Shown here piece by piece: positions 35,716 to 48,100 of a stretch of DNA of 64,000 nucleotides (position 1 is its first letter; every line of letters starts with the position of its first letter). The stretch comes from Plasmodiophora brassicae. Taxonomy: Eukaryota. Position numbers and translations under genes: made by a program. The notes below the pieces were generated by a model. It had not been told where the DNA came from. It made no database searches and was given only the letters and a program-made list of their open reading frames with translations. Location: contig CP145411.1 in the NCBI GenBank assembly GCA_036867785.1, forward strand, positions 930,001-994,000. Direction: 5' to 3'.

Positions 35716-38475
35716 ATGCGACGCCTGTGGCCACGGTTAGGCGGCAGCGGGCGCGTCGTCTGTGTCGGCAGGACCCCGCCGCCGCCCTGCCGATTCGCCC
35801 AGCGTCGTCGCTATGAGAGCGTGGTCGCGTCGGACGAGTCGGCGCCGGCGAGCGCTCCCGGTGGCCGATACCCGCAGTACAACGAGGACACGGACGTCGC
35901 CGCCGTCCTCAGGAGATACGATATGAACGCGGATCAGCTGGCGTACATCGTCCTTCACTCGCTGAGCAGGCAGACAAGCCGTCCGAATCATCGCGAGGAG
36001 CTCGACGCCGTCGTTGCCCGTCTTCAATGCTGCGACCTGTCGGCGATATCGTTGCGGACGGCGTCCACGCTGCTGTCCTGCATTGCCAAGTACGACCCAT
36101 GGCATCGGCCGGCGTTCACCGAAGTCCTGCATGCCTTGTCGTCCGCCCTGCCCGGCATTATCGAACGCGGGCCAGTCGACGCGAGGTATCTGGCTAATTC
36201 GGCGCATTCCATCGCGAAGCTGGCCTTCTCCGGCATTGACGTCGACGGTCTCCTGGACGTCATCAGCCAGGTCGCACGGCAGACCATCGGCGAGTTCGAT
36301 CCGCACAGCCTGTCGAGCCTGGCCTGGGCGTTCGCCACGGTCGGCATCGAAGACGTCCCGCTGTTCAACGCGATCGCCGAGGCCGCGGTGCACCGCCTGG
36401 AAGAGTTCACGCCGCAGTCCATCTCGAACATGGTCTGGGCGTTCGCCACGGCTCGCGTCAAGGCCGACGGCCTGTTCGACGCCCTCGGCAACGCTGCGCT
36501 GAACAAGTTGCCCGAGTTCGAACCCCAGGCCGTATCGAATACGCTGTGGGCGTTTGCGTCCGCGGGCGTCCGCTCTCAACCGCTGTTTGACGCCGCTGCC
36601 CGCGTCGCCGCCCGGCAGATTAACAAGTACAAGCCACAGAACATATCCATCACGATGTGGACATTTGCCAAATCGAAGATCACGTCGCCGGCGCTGTTCG
36701 CGGCCGTCTCTAAGGCTGCCATCCGACGCCTGGACGATTTCCAGCCGAACGAACTGTCCAACCTCGTCTGGGCGTTCACCAAAGTCGGCGAGATCGGCGA
36801 CCGCACCCTGTTCGATGCTGTCGTAACGTCACCATCGGTCACCGCCAGCTTGGCGAAGTTCCCGCCGCAAGCGCTGTCGAACACGGTCTGGGCTCTGGCC
36901 AGTGCTGGCGTCTCAAGTGACGCGTTCTTCAGCGCTGTGGCCGAGGCGGCTCTCCCGCAGATGACCGCGTTCGGCCAGCAGGAATTATCGAACCTCGTCT
37001 GGGCGTTTGCAAAGGCGGGCGTGTCGTCCCCATCGCTGTTCGATGCGGTTGCCAGGAGCGTCAGCGTCCAGTCGGATACGTTCGGCGCCCAAGCCTTGTC
37101 GACGATCGCTTGGGCGTTCGCCAAAGTGGGTGTTGTCCCCGAGACAATGTTTCAGGCGATTGCTGGGTCGGCCGTCGCTCGAATCGACGAATTCAACGCA
37201 CGCGATATTTCGAACATCACCTGGGCGTTCGCCAAAGGCGATTTCCTATCCGAACCGCTGTTCGACGCCGTTGCCGTCCGCTGCCGGTCCTGTCTGCACG
37301 AATTCACGCCCCAGGGCGTATCCAACGTCGTCTGGGCATACGCCACCTCCGGGATCGCCCATCGCGACCTATTTGACCTGTTCGCCGAGGCGGTCGCCCA
37401 CCGCGTCGGCGAATTCGACCCGCGAGCGCTGTCGAATACGGCATGGGCGTACGCTGCCGCCGGCGTTCCTCCTGATGGCGTTTTCGATGCCATCGCCATT
37501 GCAGCGGCTGAGAAGATCAAGGGGTTCGCTCCGCTGGAGGTCGCCAACCTGGTCTGGGCGTTTGCGACGGCGGAGGTCCTCGCGCCATCCCTGTTTGAGC
37601 GTGCCGCTGCGTTCGTGAGCGCCCGTGTTCCCGAGTTCGACAGCAGGGAACTGGCCATGATCCTCTGGTCCTTCTCCATGTTCAACATTGTGCCGGACCG
37701 GTTATTCGGGCGAGTGACACGTCAGCTCGTCACCCATGCAAGTGATTTCGCGCCCGGTGACCGGTGCATGATCCTGTACTCGATGGCCGCCGTCAAGCAC
37801 CCTCAGAAGGAGATCGTCGAGAACGCCGCCCAGGTTCTCGCCGGTTTGGACGAACTGTCGGACGAGACCAGCCTGTCCCAAATCCACGTTTGGCGATTGT
37901 CGTTAAGCGACAGCGAGAAAGCGATCGGGTTATCATCGTATCCTGACGCGGGACCGCTGTTCGCGAAATGTCTCGATGCGTTCCGCTGTCAACGCGCTCG
38001 AAAATCGAACCTCATCTCCAGCGTTAAGTCGGCGATGAAGAAGGTCGGCCTGTTGCCACTTTTCATGGCCGACACGAGGTGCCAGGCCAGTGCCTACCGG
38101 CTGCATTTCGCGTACGACGGCAAGGCCTGGGGGAAGATGGCCATCGAGGTGATGGGCCCAGGCAGGTTCATCGGGCGCTCCTCGCTGATGAACTCGCGAT
38201 CCCGTTTGCGACGACGAATCCTGCGGGCGTACGGCTGGAACATTATCGAGATCAACTACTTCGACTGGGACCGCCTGGCCACCGATGAGGAACGCGTCGC
38301 CTTCGTCCAGAGCAAGATCGACAAGATCCTGTCGTTCATCACGTCCGTCCCGGAGGGTTATCAACCATCGATCCTGACGCCCGAGGACCACATGCAATTC
38401 CGAAGGCGGACGAGTTACGTCCTGCCAAGGAAGAACAGCAAGCTGCCTCGGAATGAAGCGATCCACGAAGACTAA
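35716..38475 (+). CDS. Heptatricopeptide-repeat (37-aa HPR/FASTK-like) protein with C-terminal RAP domain, probably mitochondrial
   Basis: About 13 clear 37-aa repeats F.PQ.LSN.vWAFA..G....LF.A.A; RAP motif AIEVMGP.RF...RLRRRILRAYGWNIIEINYFDW; Arg-rich, acid-free N-terminus. Confidence 0.9.
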   Translation: MRRLWPRLGGSGRVVCVGRTPPPPCRFAQRRRYESVVASDESAPASAPGGRYPQYNEDTDVAAVLRRYDMNADQLAYIVLHSLSRQTSRPNHREELDAVVARLQCCDLSAISLRTASTLLSCIAKYDPWHRPAFTEVLHALSSALPGIIERGPVDARYLANSAHSIAKLAFSGIDVDGLLDVISQVARQTIGEFDPHSLSSLAWAFATVGIEDVPLFNAIAEAAVHRLEEFTPQSISNMVWAFATARVKADGLFDALGNAALNKLPEFEPQAVSNTLWAFASAGVRSQPLFDAAARVAARQINKYKPQNISITMWTFAKSKITSPALFAAVSKAAIRRLDDFQPNELSNLVWAFTKVGEIGDRTLFDAVVTSPSVTASLAKFPPQALSNTVWALASAGVSSDAFFSAVAEAALPQMTAFGQQELSNLVWAFAKAGVSSPSLFDAVARSVSVQSDTFGAQALSTIAWAFAKVGVVPETMFQAIAGSAVARIDEFNARDISNITWAFAKGDFLSEPLFDAVAVRCRSCLHEFTPQGVSNVVWAYATSGIAHRDLFDLFAEAVAHRVGEFDPRALSNTAWAYAAAGVPPDGVFDAIAIAAAEKIKGFAPLEVANLVWAFATAEVLAPSLFERAAAFVSARVPEFDSRELAMILWSFSMFNIVPDRLFGRVTRQLVTHASDFAPGDRCMILYSMAAVKHPQKEIVENAAQVLAGLDELSDETSLSQIHVWRLSLSDSEKAIGLSSYPDAGPLFAKCLDAFRCQRARKSNLISSVKSAMKKVGLLPLFMADTRCQASAYRLHFAYDGKAWGKMAIEVMGPGRFIGRSSLMNSRSRLRRRILRAYGWNIIEINYFDWDRLATDEERVAFVQSKIDKILSFITSVPEGYQPSILTPEDHMQFRRRTSYVLPRKNSKLPRNEAIHED

Positions 38476-38506
38476 CGGTGCAGGGTGCTCAACGAAACGT
38501 TTACTG

Positions 38507-39376
38507 TCACAGGGATACCTCGATACGGTTGCTGATCAGGTCGTCGGATTCACTGCCGGATGACATTGTCGCGAGACTCATCGGGGACCTCGACCGCGAC
38601 CGGCGCTCGGGGGACTCGTCGAGGCTCTTTAGGATGGATTCTATAGCGATCTCGGCGGCCGCCATCGTCGTGTTCTGGTGCCCGGGGGTGGGCGCCGGGA
38701 ACAGCTCGAACGTGGGCGAGTCGCCCGCCCATTCCCGGTCGTACATCAGCGAACGGTGACGCTGGGCACGAGTCGGCAACATCGATCTCGACCGCTGCTT
38801 CATCGAGAACGACCTCTGCTTGATCAGCTGCATGTTGTGGACGCTTCCTGATCGTGACAGCTTCGGCAGGGCGGCGTCGTCCGCCGGCACGAGTCTCGGT
38901 CGCTCCAGGACGACCGAGGCGTGCCGTTTCACGAGCAGGGCGTTCGACGGGCGACGATGCACGACCGAATCGAAGCCGATGTTGCCATGCACCGTGATGC
39001 CAGACATCTCCGCCGCACACGACGTGAACGAAGCTGACCGGCCATAGGTGCAGGGCAACAGTAGGCCTGGTGGCGCCGTTTGACGACGAAACGGGGAGGC
39101 AGGCGCGCCAGCGGCGTAGAGCTCAGCAGGAGATGGGCAATACGTGCGTTCGGGTAGGGACATGAGCGTGTCGTAGAGCTGTGAACCCCGGACAGGGAGC
39201 CCGTCCGGGTACATGTCGGCCAGGGACTCGTCGAGGGCGTTGACGGTGGGGGCCTGCTTGAAGCGGTGCCGCAGCATGAGAATGGTGGTGACTCCTACCG
39301 GTTGACCGGGCATAGAGAACGATGCAGAAGCGCGGCAGATAGGGACGGGCTTGTTCAAGTTCACGATGCAGGGCAC
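38507..39376 (-). CDS. Hypothetical Ser/Pro/Arg-rich protein (start uncertain)
   Basis: 289-codon ORF convergent with the RAP gene, coding-like codon use, no recognised domain. Confidence 0.5.
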   Translation of the reverse strand: MPCIVNLNKPVPICRASASFSMPGQPVGVTTILMLRHRFKQAPTVNALDESLADMYPDGLPVRGSQLYDTLMSLPERTYCPSPAELYAAGAPASPFRRQTAPPGLLLPCTYGRSASFTSCAAEMSGITVHGNIGFDSVVHRRPSNALLVKRHASVVLERPRLVPADDAALPKLSRSGSVHNMQLIKQRSFSMKQRSRSMLPTRAQRHRSLMYDREWAGDSPTFELFPAPTPGHQNTTMAAAEIAIESILKSLDESPERRSRSRSPMSLATMSSGSESDDLISNRIEVSL

Positions 39377-39554
39377 GCTGCAGGCGCTTCGACGTCGTCG
39401 TTAGCGCGACACGATTTTAGAGTGGGCCGCTGGCCGAGAGCGGTCATGACCGCAAATTTCGCCGCGGTGACCCGGTTGCTATTTCTGGCATCACAGTCAG
39501 CCGAGCCCCTGACGCGTCGGTTCCATGCTGGTGTACCGCCTACAGACATCATCG

Positions 39555-39960
39555 GGACCACAGGCACCGTATCGCGCGACATAGTTTGGTGTCTGACATT
39601 GTTCTTAACAATCGGTGGTCGCCTTCCTGGCCTCAGCCATGGCGTCGGCCTACAGGGGCGCGTCTTTGCCGTTGACGACGTCGTCGATGGGGCGCCAGCG
39701 AACCGGTCGGCCAGCTCGGGTTTGGCAGGGTCGCGGGCTCTCTGCGTCTGCAGCGCCAGGCTGTTCAGGAAGCGCGCATGCGACCCGGCCGACAGCGACC
39801 TCGCCAGGATGTCATCAATCCAAGCAGACATGGCCTGCTTCGTCTTGGAGTTCGCGTCCAGAGGAACGACCCGCATGGCAACCAGCTTCTTAAACACAAT
39901 CAACAGGTCCTTTGTGAACGCTTGCTGCTCCTGCTGCTGCTGCTGCTGACGACGATGATG

Positions 39961-40011
<51 letters not shown>

Positions 40012-40051
40012 ATGATGCTTCTGCTGGAGAAGTTGCTGTTGCTTGCCACCC
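39555..40051 (-). pseudogene. Inverted duplicate of the 3' end of the 30466-34458 gene, including an altered CAG/CAT microsatellite
   Basis: Encodes KLVAMRVVPLDANSKTKQAMSAWIDDIL.RSLSAGSHARFLNSLALQTQRA as at 34144-34297; carries a frameshifting deletion, a mutated stop and copied 3' flank. Confidence 0.95.
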
Positions 40052-40790
40052 GAGGCTCAAGCAGGTCTATATGCAACCGGTGCAGTCGTTAGACGACTGT
40101 GGCGCCGGGAACAGCAAATACGCATCGCCACCATATCGCGTTCTGCACATGGAGTTGCTTAGGGTTGGTGCCCCCGACGGCGCAATCGTGTTCAAACACG
40201 ACCTGGGTCGTGCAGGTTGCCACAACCCAGATCGGTCATCAACGCCCAAGCCCCATCGCAACAATGCCAGCGCACGACCTGCCCAACGTGAAATATAGTC
40301 GCTTTCTGCGACAATGGCCTACAAATCATCGAGTAGGGCACCGCAGACGTACAGGACGACGCTGATCCGGTCGACCACCTCGTTAAAGCGAATTGATGAG
40401 GATACTTGTGTGGATCGCAAACGTACCACTTCCACGTGCGCCATAGGAGGGGGCGCCACGCCGTCTGTACCGCTCCTAACGCCAGTCTCAGTGTCGTTCA
40501 ACCGCATGGCGTCGAGCCTGAAGCTTTGTTCGTTCCCTCTCACGAAGCGTTACCAGCGACACAACGGGATGGGGCTAGAACGAAGGCCATCGTCCGGGAC
40601 GTTACCTCGATCGGTGAGGGGTTTCGAGCGGCACACCGCGCGCTGGACGTCGCAATGAGAGAACTGTGTGGGTCAGTGCAGCCCAGCATTGCACATGACG
40701 GCTGCTGCAAACTGTATTCATTCAAATCATCCAGAACATAGACTGGAGAACGAAAGCGACACCGCAAGCGACTGCGGCGGTCGGTACCAC

Positions 40791-42159
40791 TTATGTCAGG
40801 TGCTGAGCGGGTGCCGATGAACGACGTGCAGGTGGAGTAGGCACCGCGGAACTGCCTGTACGAGTCTGGCCGCGACCCTTGACGGAAACAGCGACGGCAG
40901 TCCCAGCGACTGCTGCAATGGCCAGCGCCTTAATCCATGGTATCTTGGGGACGCCGCCCTGCTTCTTCTTGAGGATAGCAGACCATTTCCTGTCAACAGC
41001 CGTCTTCGCTATCATGCCGAGGCCTCCTAAGAAGACAACTGGAAGAGCGGTTTGCAGCGCCGTGCCCAGGGAAACAGCAGGTCGTGGACGACGAGAAGCA
41101 GAACGACTCTCAGAGGACTCTGATGGATCTGCAGTCTGCGTCGTAATGATCGACGAGACTGGATGGCGACTGTGGCCAGCGGGATTGTTCTCGAGACTCT
41201 GTCTTGCGATAGGACGACGCCCGCGGGTTGCTTCAGCGCGCTCTGCGGAACCCGGCGATGTCAGATGCGGAAGATGAGCGTTGCCGTTGTACACGAAGAC
41301 CCTCGTTGTAGATCCGGGTCGTCTGGCGATCGGGACGGGACTCGCCTGGACCGCAGTCGATTCGGACGTGACGCCGACCCCAGCAGTGGGGAACCATTGC
41401 TTGAGCCATACATCAGGCCGGCGCGAATCAAAGAGAACCGTGCTCGTGTCCAGCACTTCCCGGAAGTAGAACCAGAAGGCATCCACAGCACCACTCAGGG
41501 CCTCGTTACGGGCGAGGTCCCACACACTGCCGTCCATGACGGACAACGACCCATGGTACAGGTTGATGTCGGCCAGAAGGCGCTTGAGGTGCGCCCGTAA
41601 TGACGAGTCCAGCGGGATATCTGGCAGGCTGTCCACATTGCTGGGCGTCGTCACGAAGACCAGCGTGGATTCGGTGTTCAACAGTCCTCTCGACAACGCC
41701 AGCTCCTCGTGCACCAGGTTGAGCTCCTCGATGGACGCCAGGATGACAGACACGCCCGGCCTGCCGTTCCCGCCACCCTGTTGAGCGCGAACAATGACCT
41801 GGAATGGCGTCTTCCGGTACAAACTGACCGCATCCGCCTCCTGATGCGAGCTATACGACCGAGTCTGACGGAAGCGATCCGTCACGAAGATGTCGGGGTG
41901 GATCATTCTGTCCACACCCTGCGGAACCGGAACCTTCATGTTCCGGGCGCGTCCACGAACGGCGTCGCGGACGATGTCGTTCAGGCGCCGCAACTTGCGA
42001 CAAAACAAGTCACTTCGAACCTGATCCAGGAATTCATCGCGGTACAAAGACAGATCGGTCCGCTGCGGCGATGGATCAGAAACGTCAGCATCCTACACGT
42101 CAGGTCAGTTAATTGTGATCCTCAAGTGGAACACGCAGCCCGACACAACCTGTTCCTGT

Positions 42160-42199
<40 letters not shown>

Positions 42200-45100
42200 C
42201 CTCTTGTTGCTGCTCCTGGACCTGTTCGCGCCCTTCGTCGAACGGCGCGCTATCAGGGCACTGCTCGTCGGCCAACGGGAACCCGGCAATGATGGTATCG
42301 ATCGCGTCCCGAAGCCCGCTGCGTTCGTCCCGCGAGAATATCGTCGACACGCGGTCGCTGTTGAGCAGCGCGTCTCGGCGCCCGTCCAGCAGCGACCGCA
42401 TCGGCACCACCGCATCGTCGTGCGTGACCTGATCCAGGAACGTCTCGACCTGCGATCGGCTGAATAACGACCACGCCACGGCGTCGCTATCGTCAGCGAC
42501 GGCGTTGGCCAGCGTTTCGAATTCTCGGGACGGCACCGACACCGTGTACATCTTGGTGAGCATCGCGTCCCGGACGACGTCGTCGATCTTCTGGAAGACG
42601 CTCTGCCGGCTCTGCTTGCGCTCCTGCTGGAACTGGACCAGCTGTGCATTACGAAGCATGGCGGTGACGTCGAGCATCGCGTCCAACGTCACGAACTCGA
42701 CGGTCTGTGTGGTGAGGAACTTTCGCATCCGCATGACGCCCTGGAGGACGTCGCGCAACGGCGTGTCGGCGCTGATGGTGACGAGGCCATTGGCATCGGG
42801 TCGCTGTGGGATGTCGGCCCCGGTGATGTGCCGATGGTCATAGTAGGTGAAGACGGCAGCAGGACCGCTGACGGGCGAATGCCCCGTTATCGATTCGATC
42901 GTGGCGGCGTCCGTCCCAGGCAGTGCCCGGTCGTCAACGGCACCGCTGCGCCTCCTGATCAGTGCACGAGGCTGGTTCGTGGCTTCGTCGTAGAAGACGA
43001 CGACCTGGATACCAGCGTGGTGATGCAGCAGGTCGCCCGCGACCACCACATTACGAACACCTTTGAAATGCGCGCCAACATCAATCAGGGCACTTGTCGA
43101 CGACGTCATTGTCGACGCTTGCAGTGCACGAACAGCAAGCGGATCGGAACCGTCTGGAACACGATGCACGTCCAGGCCCAGGCCCAGGATGCGACTGATG
43201 ACCTGGCCGTTGGCGCCCTCGTCCAGGACGATACCGTGTGGGGCGCTGTAGACCCGGTCCGGGAAGATGAACCGGTTCTCGAGCGTGCCGGAATACCCTT
43301 GCAGCGACTGGAACATGGACCCGAGGTTCTGCACGTTGCCCGTCGTCTGACGCGAGTCCACCTTGGCGTTGTTCAGGATCTGCTCCCGGACAAAGTCCAT
43401 CAGCATGGCCTGCACTTCGGGACTGCGGGAACGAAGGGCGCCTTGCACCAGGTCAGCGTGTCGGTCAGGGTCGGCATGTGATAATCGGAGACTGCCAGAC
43501 GTCAGCGTGTTGAAACGTCGGCCAATGTCGCTGCTGTCTGGGTCCACACACTGTTTCGCCCCGTCCTTGCACCAGCTGATGTAGGCCTTGGCCTGCTCCC
43601 GGTCCACGCCGCTGTGCAAGTACAGGATCGCTCCACGGTTGATGATTTCCCATTGGCTGGCGATGTGGCTGGTGTCGCTGGGCGTGTTCGCCGCCACGTA
43701 CGGGCGTGGAAGCGGGTCGGTGCCGTCGTTGGCCCGGCCGTAGTGCTGGTTGACGTTACCTTGCAGGGCAAACGGCACCTTGCGATGCAACTGGACATGC
43801 GCGTACGCCAGGTGCTCCTTGCAGGCGGGCGTCAGGTCATCGTTCGACAACACGTCCGACGCCTGAGCGCCTGTCGATTTCAGGAACAGCGGGAGCGAGT
43901 TGAGGACACGCCCGGGGCAGGCCCGAGTCCATTCGGTCGACCCGGCGATGTAGTCGGCGGCCCACTCGATGAGGCGCGGCCGTATCCTGCTGGCGTACGT
44001 TTCCGGGTCCACAGCGTGCGCGTGGGCCCGAAAGTCGACCAACCCCGAGGTCGACAGGTGCAGAAAGAGGTCGACAGCGAAACGAACGTGCATGCGATCG
44101 GGTCCGATGGCATCTCCAGACGGCAGGTTGTGTTCCAGTTTCGGGTCGAACGTCATGTCGACCTCGTCGAACGTCGCGGCACCGCGATCCTTCAGCAGGA
44201 GCAGGATCCGTCCCAGCCACCAGATCGACGCGTCATGCTGGTCGGTGCCGGGGAAACGGGACGCGAGATCGATGAACGTATTCTGCAGCATGTGCAAGGT
44301 ACGCGGCGCCATCAGCACGTACTGGTGGTTCCGGATGCAAACCAGCAGCGTCTCGTACAGAGCTTTCAATCGCCTGCACGTGCAGGTTAACAGTGCATCG
44401 GCACGACGTATACAGTGTCAATCACTTACTCCTCGGCGACATCCTCAGAGCGACGCCCGAACGTGATCACGCGTGCCCACTGGCCAAAGAATGCAGCGGA
44501 TCGGGCGGTCATATCGCCCGAGTTCTGCTCGAAGAGGGACGCGGGCGGCACCATGAGCGACAGATGGTACCCGTCGGCCTTCGCCAGCGCCAGCATTGTC
44601 CCGAGGACGAACGTCTTGCCGGCGGCCATCAGGCGCTGCAGAATCATCGAACGGAACGACGACGACCCTGCCGGTCTGGTCAGCAGGTGGAGAATGTCGT
44701 GGAACTGATCCGATCGCAGGCGCATGCCGGCCTCGAGCTCGAACACGACGATCATCGGGTGCGATACGATCTGGTCGAAGGCTTCCCGATCCACACGGGT
44801 CTTGGCCAGCTCGGCGGCAGCGCCCTGCACGTCGTCCACCTGGGCATACCGCTTGATGCGGAGGCAGTGCTGCCTGATGGTTACCAGGAGGACATGACGG
44901 AGCAAGGCGCCATGCAGGTGCCTGATGACCGCTTCGTTGTTCCGCATCGTCGGGAACCGTGCCGCGTACAACTTTGGCGACGCCGTTGCCAGCAGATGCA
45001 GCAGCGACTGATATTCGAACTGGTCGCCATCGCCCAGCCCTTCCGCGAACCATTCGTGACGACGACCAGGAGCACCATTGCGAATGATGTCTCTTATCGA

Positions 45101-48100
45101 GTCCTCGCTTGCTGCAATGGAGGCGTCGAGTTCACCCACGATGCTGTTCAGGACGGCAACGAGGCCTTCCATTGGTGCACGAAGATGGTATGCCGTCCGG
45201 AGGTCCTGGAGGCGAACGGCGCCGCGCCGCGTCTCATCAGCGACTTCTTCCGACCGCCTCCGTTCGAACTCGGGAACATCCGTCAGCTGGAGTGACGAAA
45301 CGTCTTCCGTGGGCGCATGGAGCGACGGCACGTTCCGCTGAAGCGCGGCGTTCATCGCCTGGCGAAGTCGGGTCTCGAGCAGGCTGACCACGTGGAACAG
45401 GGCGGCGACGGCGTCTTCGGTGGGGTGAACAATATCCGGGATGGCCGATGGAAGACCCTCGTCGATGCGATCGACGAACCTGTGCGGGATCGCAGGCATC
45501 CTAAACGCGTTGCGCAAGTTCGAGACGACGATCCCGCCTGCATGATGCACACGGCCCAGAGCCTTTTCGACGGGGCGCCATACCTGCCTGTCGGAGTCCA
45601 TGCCATGTAGGCGCTGGTCCGGGGCGAGCACGAAGGTCGGGTCGGCCTCCCAAACGAGGTCGTCATGGTCCGACCCAGCGCAGCTGGAGAACGCCACAGG
45701 CACGCCAGCCAAGATGTGCTCGTAGAAGACGACGCGGTGGCATCGGGGCGAACCAGATTGAGATTCGAACACGTCGAACGAGGTGAAGCCGTCCGGGGCC
45801 GTTAGAGTCGTACGGTCAACGAGGGCGAAGGCGCGACCATGTTTCGCATGGAACGATGTCGTTGCCGATGAGTCGGCGAACTCGTACACTACGGGGGTAG
45901 GCAATGACGTGCGGGTATAGTCATCAAGGTTTCGGGAGCATCTCGCGACAGGGCGGAGGAGGTCATCGGTGACGAGAGCGACGCTTGGAGAGGACGACAA
46001 TGTTGGGATTTGGTGCCAGAAAAACTTGGCTTTGACGGCACGGTCGACATCAATATCGCCCAGTACAACTCTCACGAATGCTTTGTCCAGGTCAGATGTT
46101 TCTGGATTCATCAGTGAGGTCCTGTCCAATCTGTACCGACCGACGACCGTGTGCAGGACGACCGCCGTCGGGCTGGTCTCGCGCAGGCGACGATAATTGT
46201 CGCTGGGCATCTGGATGATCAACTTGGTCCAGAACGCACGCGACGACGGGGACGGCATGACAGAATAGGTAGGCGGGTTGTCGTACTCCTTTCCGATGGT
46301 GATGGACGGATCCAGGCCGATCCGCAATCGGGACACGAGGAACGGATGCTGGTGCATGTCGGCGGTCCTGACCGCGAACTCACCCAGCACCGCTCCGTCC
46401 GCCGTTTGACAACGAACCTCAGCCGACATCAGATCAAACGAGCAGGTGCCCTGCGGGCCCGACGCGAAGCATGACGGCTGGAGGCCGTCCACACAGGTCC
46501 AACGCAAGGACGAGGCCAGCTCGATCAGCCTGCGTTCGGCGTCATCGCTGCGGCCGACGGCAGCCACCTCGACTCGACGTCGTTCGCGAAGGTCGTGCAG
46601 GACGTCCCAGAGATCAGTGCTGGTTGCCATCGGGTGCAGGTAGGCGACGATCTGGCCGGACTTCTGCGCCATGAACAGGTCGGCCTGATGGCGAATATGA
46701 CGGTAGGCGGGGGCGATGCCCGAATCCACGTCGTCGTCGCGGAGGACGTCCAGACGCCGGGCCTGACGTGCGACCAGGTCCTTGAGCCAGTCGCGGTCAC
46801 GCCCATCCTGGCAATCGTCGTCGACTGCGCTGGCGATGATGATGACGGCATGCGCCAGGGATCGTATCACTGGTGAGGCCCAGACGTCGCGCCCGCTCTG
46901 CGAGTCGATGCGGTCCTCGAGCTCTCGACGGAGGTCGCGACGGGCGCGGCACTCCGCGTCGGACGCAGGCCGGAACGATCGGACGCGAAACGTCAATGCG
47001 TACAGCCAGAGAATGGTACGTTGGTCACGAGCCGTTGCCGGTGCGATCCGACGCATGGCAGTCTGGGCCTCCTGCAACACCGCATCGATAAGCGGGGACC
47101 GTTGCAGGCACAGCTCCTGGAGCCCGCCGTTGACGTTGACTGGTCCTTGGAACAGGGCGAAGTCGATGACGTCCTGATGCGTGTAGTTGGTGACGTCCAG
47201 GTGGCCGGATTGCCAGGCGAACAGCAACGACGGGATCCGCGTCCGCTCGCGAAACATTGTCGATAGGGTCACCCGGTGGCCAATCGTCTGCCGGCTGACC
47301 AAGAAGTCGTTCTCCTCATAGTGTCTTGAAGAACGCGCCAAGCCGATCGCGGCGTGTATGACGGGCCATCGAGAAGTAGGAGACTGACTCTTGCTGCTGC
47401 TGCCCCGCCTTCCAACCATACTTCGTGGTTTCAGAAACGAGTTTCCGGACGGCCGTGTCACAGATTCATAGGCAGTACTATACGGAAGGGATTTCAGATC
47501 ATCAATCCCCGAACTAGTACGGTTCAGATCAGGCGTGTCGTTCTCAGGTTGCTTGCTGACTTCGATCGGGCATTGAAAGTCTTCCCGAAGATCGCGAATC
47601 GTAAGGCGGCCCCAGTTGTACGATGTCGTTGTACCGTCCCACAGATACACCAGATCCATGAGCCTTTTCACGACGAACTGAGAAAGGCTCCCCGAAAAGG
47701 GCGGCACAGGCGTCGTTGCCTCGCCTAGAGCATTGCGCAAGCGATCCATGACAAGTAGGCCATAGACCACGCAGGGAATGTCCAGGCTTCGGAATTTCGT
47801 CTGCACATTTCGGGGCATAAACGCGATCATGGCATCTCGAGTCAATTTGTGTTGTGTCGTGATCCGAGTGGCGATCTGCAAAAGCCACTGCCGAAACGAC
47901 GTCGGGTTCGTCGTCAGGCTTCGCATGGCAAAGTCCAGCGGCAATGCCTTCGGGTCGCACGAATCGGAATGGAACTTTAACGCCTCGAACATATCGTCGA
48001 GCTGGTCAATGAGGGACCGATCGTAGGACAGGAGGTACTTGGAGTGGCGCAGACGGCACAGCATGTGGTTCGACATCCGGAAAGAGCTGAGCAAAGGGAC

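Noticed and set aside
40050-40780. Possible further remnant of the giant-protein family
   Set aside because: Only very short look-alike words (AFVLAP, VVFEH) are present; not supportable without an alignment.
42150-42230. (CTGCTC)n repeat as a non-coding microsatellite or a separate poly-Leu/poly-CS ORF
   Set aside because: It encodes the in-frame poly(QE) tract of the giant minus-strand protein; the plus-strand ORFs are shadows.
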